Positions 26,144-26,216 of a stretch of DNA of 26,216 nucleotides are shown here, one piece after another; position 1 is the first letter of the stretch; every line of letters begins with the position of its first letter. The DNA lies in IMG/VR virus record IMGVR_UViG_3300032303_001148, positions 1 through 26,216 of that record. One strand, written 5' to 3'. The notes beneath the pieces were generated by a model. The model saw only the letters and a program-made list of their open reading frames with translations, made no database searches and was not told the DNA's origin. This DNA is from a virus (taxonomy: Duplodnaviria > Caudoviricetes). A program made the position numbers and the translations under genes.

Positions 26144-26216
26144 ATGGACACCTATTTTGTAGTAACAATCAGCGCTGATGGCACATTTGAAATGCACTCA
26201 GAACTACCAGAAAACC
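26144..26216 (+). CDS. Hypothetical protein (3' partial)
   Basis: AAGGAG RBS, then MDTYFVVTISADGTFEMHSELPEN, open to the window end. Confidence 0.65.
   Translation, partial: MDTYFVVTISADGTFEMHSELPEN

Noticed and set aside
1-26216. Alternative genetic code, introns/inteins, integrase or transposase
   Set aside because: Core genes are full-length and uninterrupted in the standard code, and no mobile-element motifs were seen.

Overview
A 26 kb piece of a tailed dsDNA phage genome with all credible genes on the + strand, tightly packed and often translationally coupled (TAATG/ATGA junctions). The WhiB gene points to an actinobacterial host, and the low GC (about 38% by eye) suggests a low-GC, possibly freshwater, lineage. 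Baseplate J-like, gp5/gpV-like and gpI-like genes indicate a contractile tail. The order is: end of the baseplate/tail module (1-5367); a holin-like membrane gene; a self-contained replication module (wHTH initiator with a probable internal origin, DnaC-like loader, SWIM protein, DnaB, primase, SNF2 helicase, MerR-like HTH, gp32-like SSB, family A polymerase); a recombination/regulation block (RecA, Hjc-like nuclease, WhiB, Cas4-like exonuclease, UvsY-like protein, DUF1599/Nmad1, RuvC); then SpoVS heading a run of small uncharacterised, largely low-complexity proteins. The most interesting signals are non-coding or sub-genic: tandem bulged hairpins in the SSB leader with a CTCAYTA box that recurs in other leaders, a twin-hairpin element with anti-Shine-Dalgarno-like loops before polA, palindromic iterons inside the initiator gene, apparent absence of GGCC, and an N-terminal PDR(S) motif shared by small proteins. 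Family calls come from motif recognition only; no searches were run.
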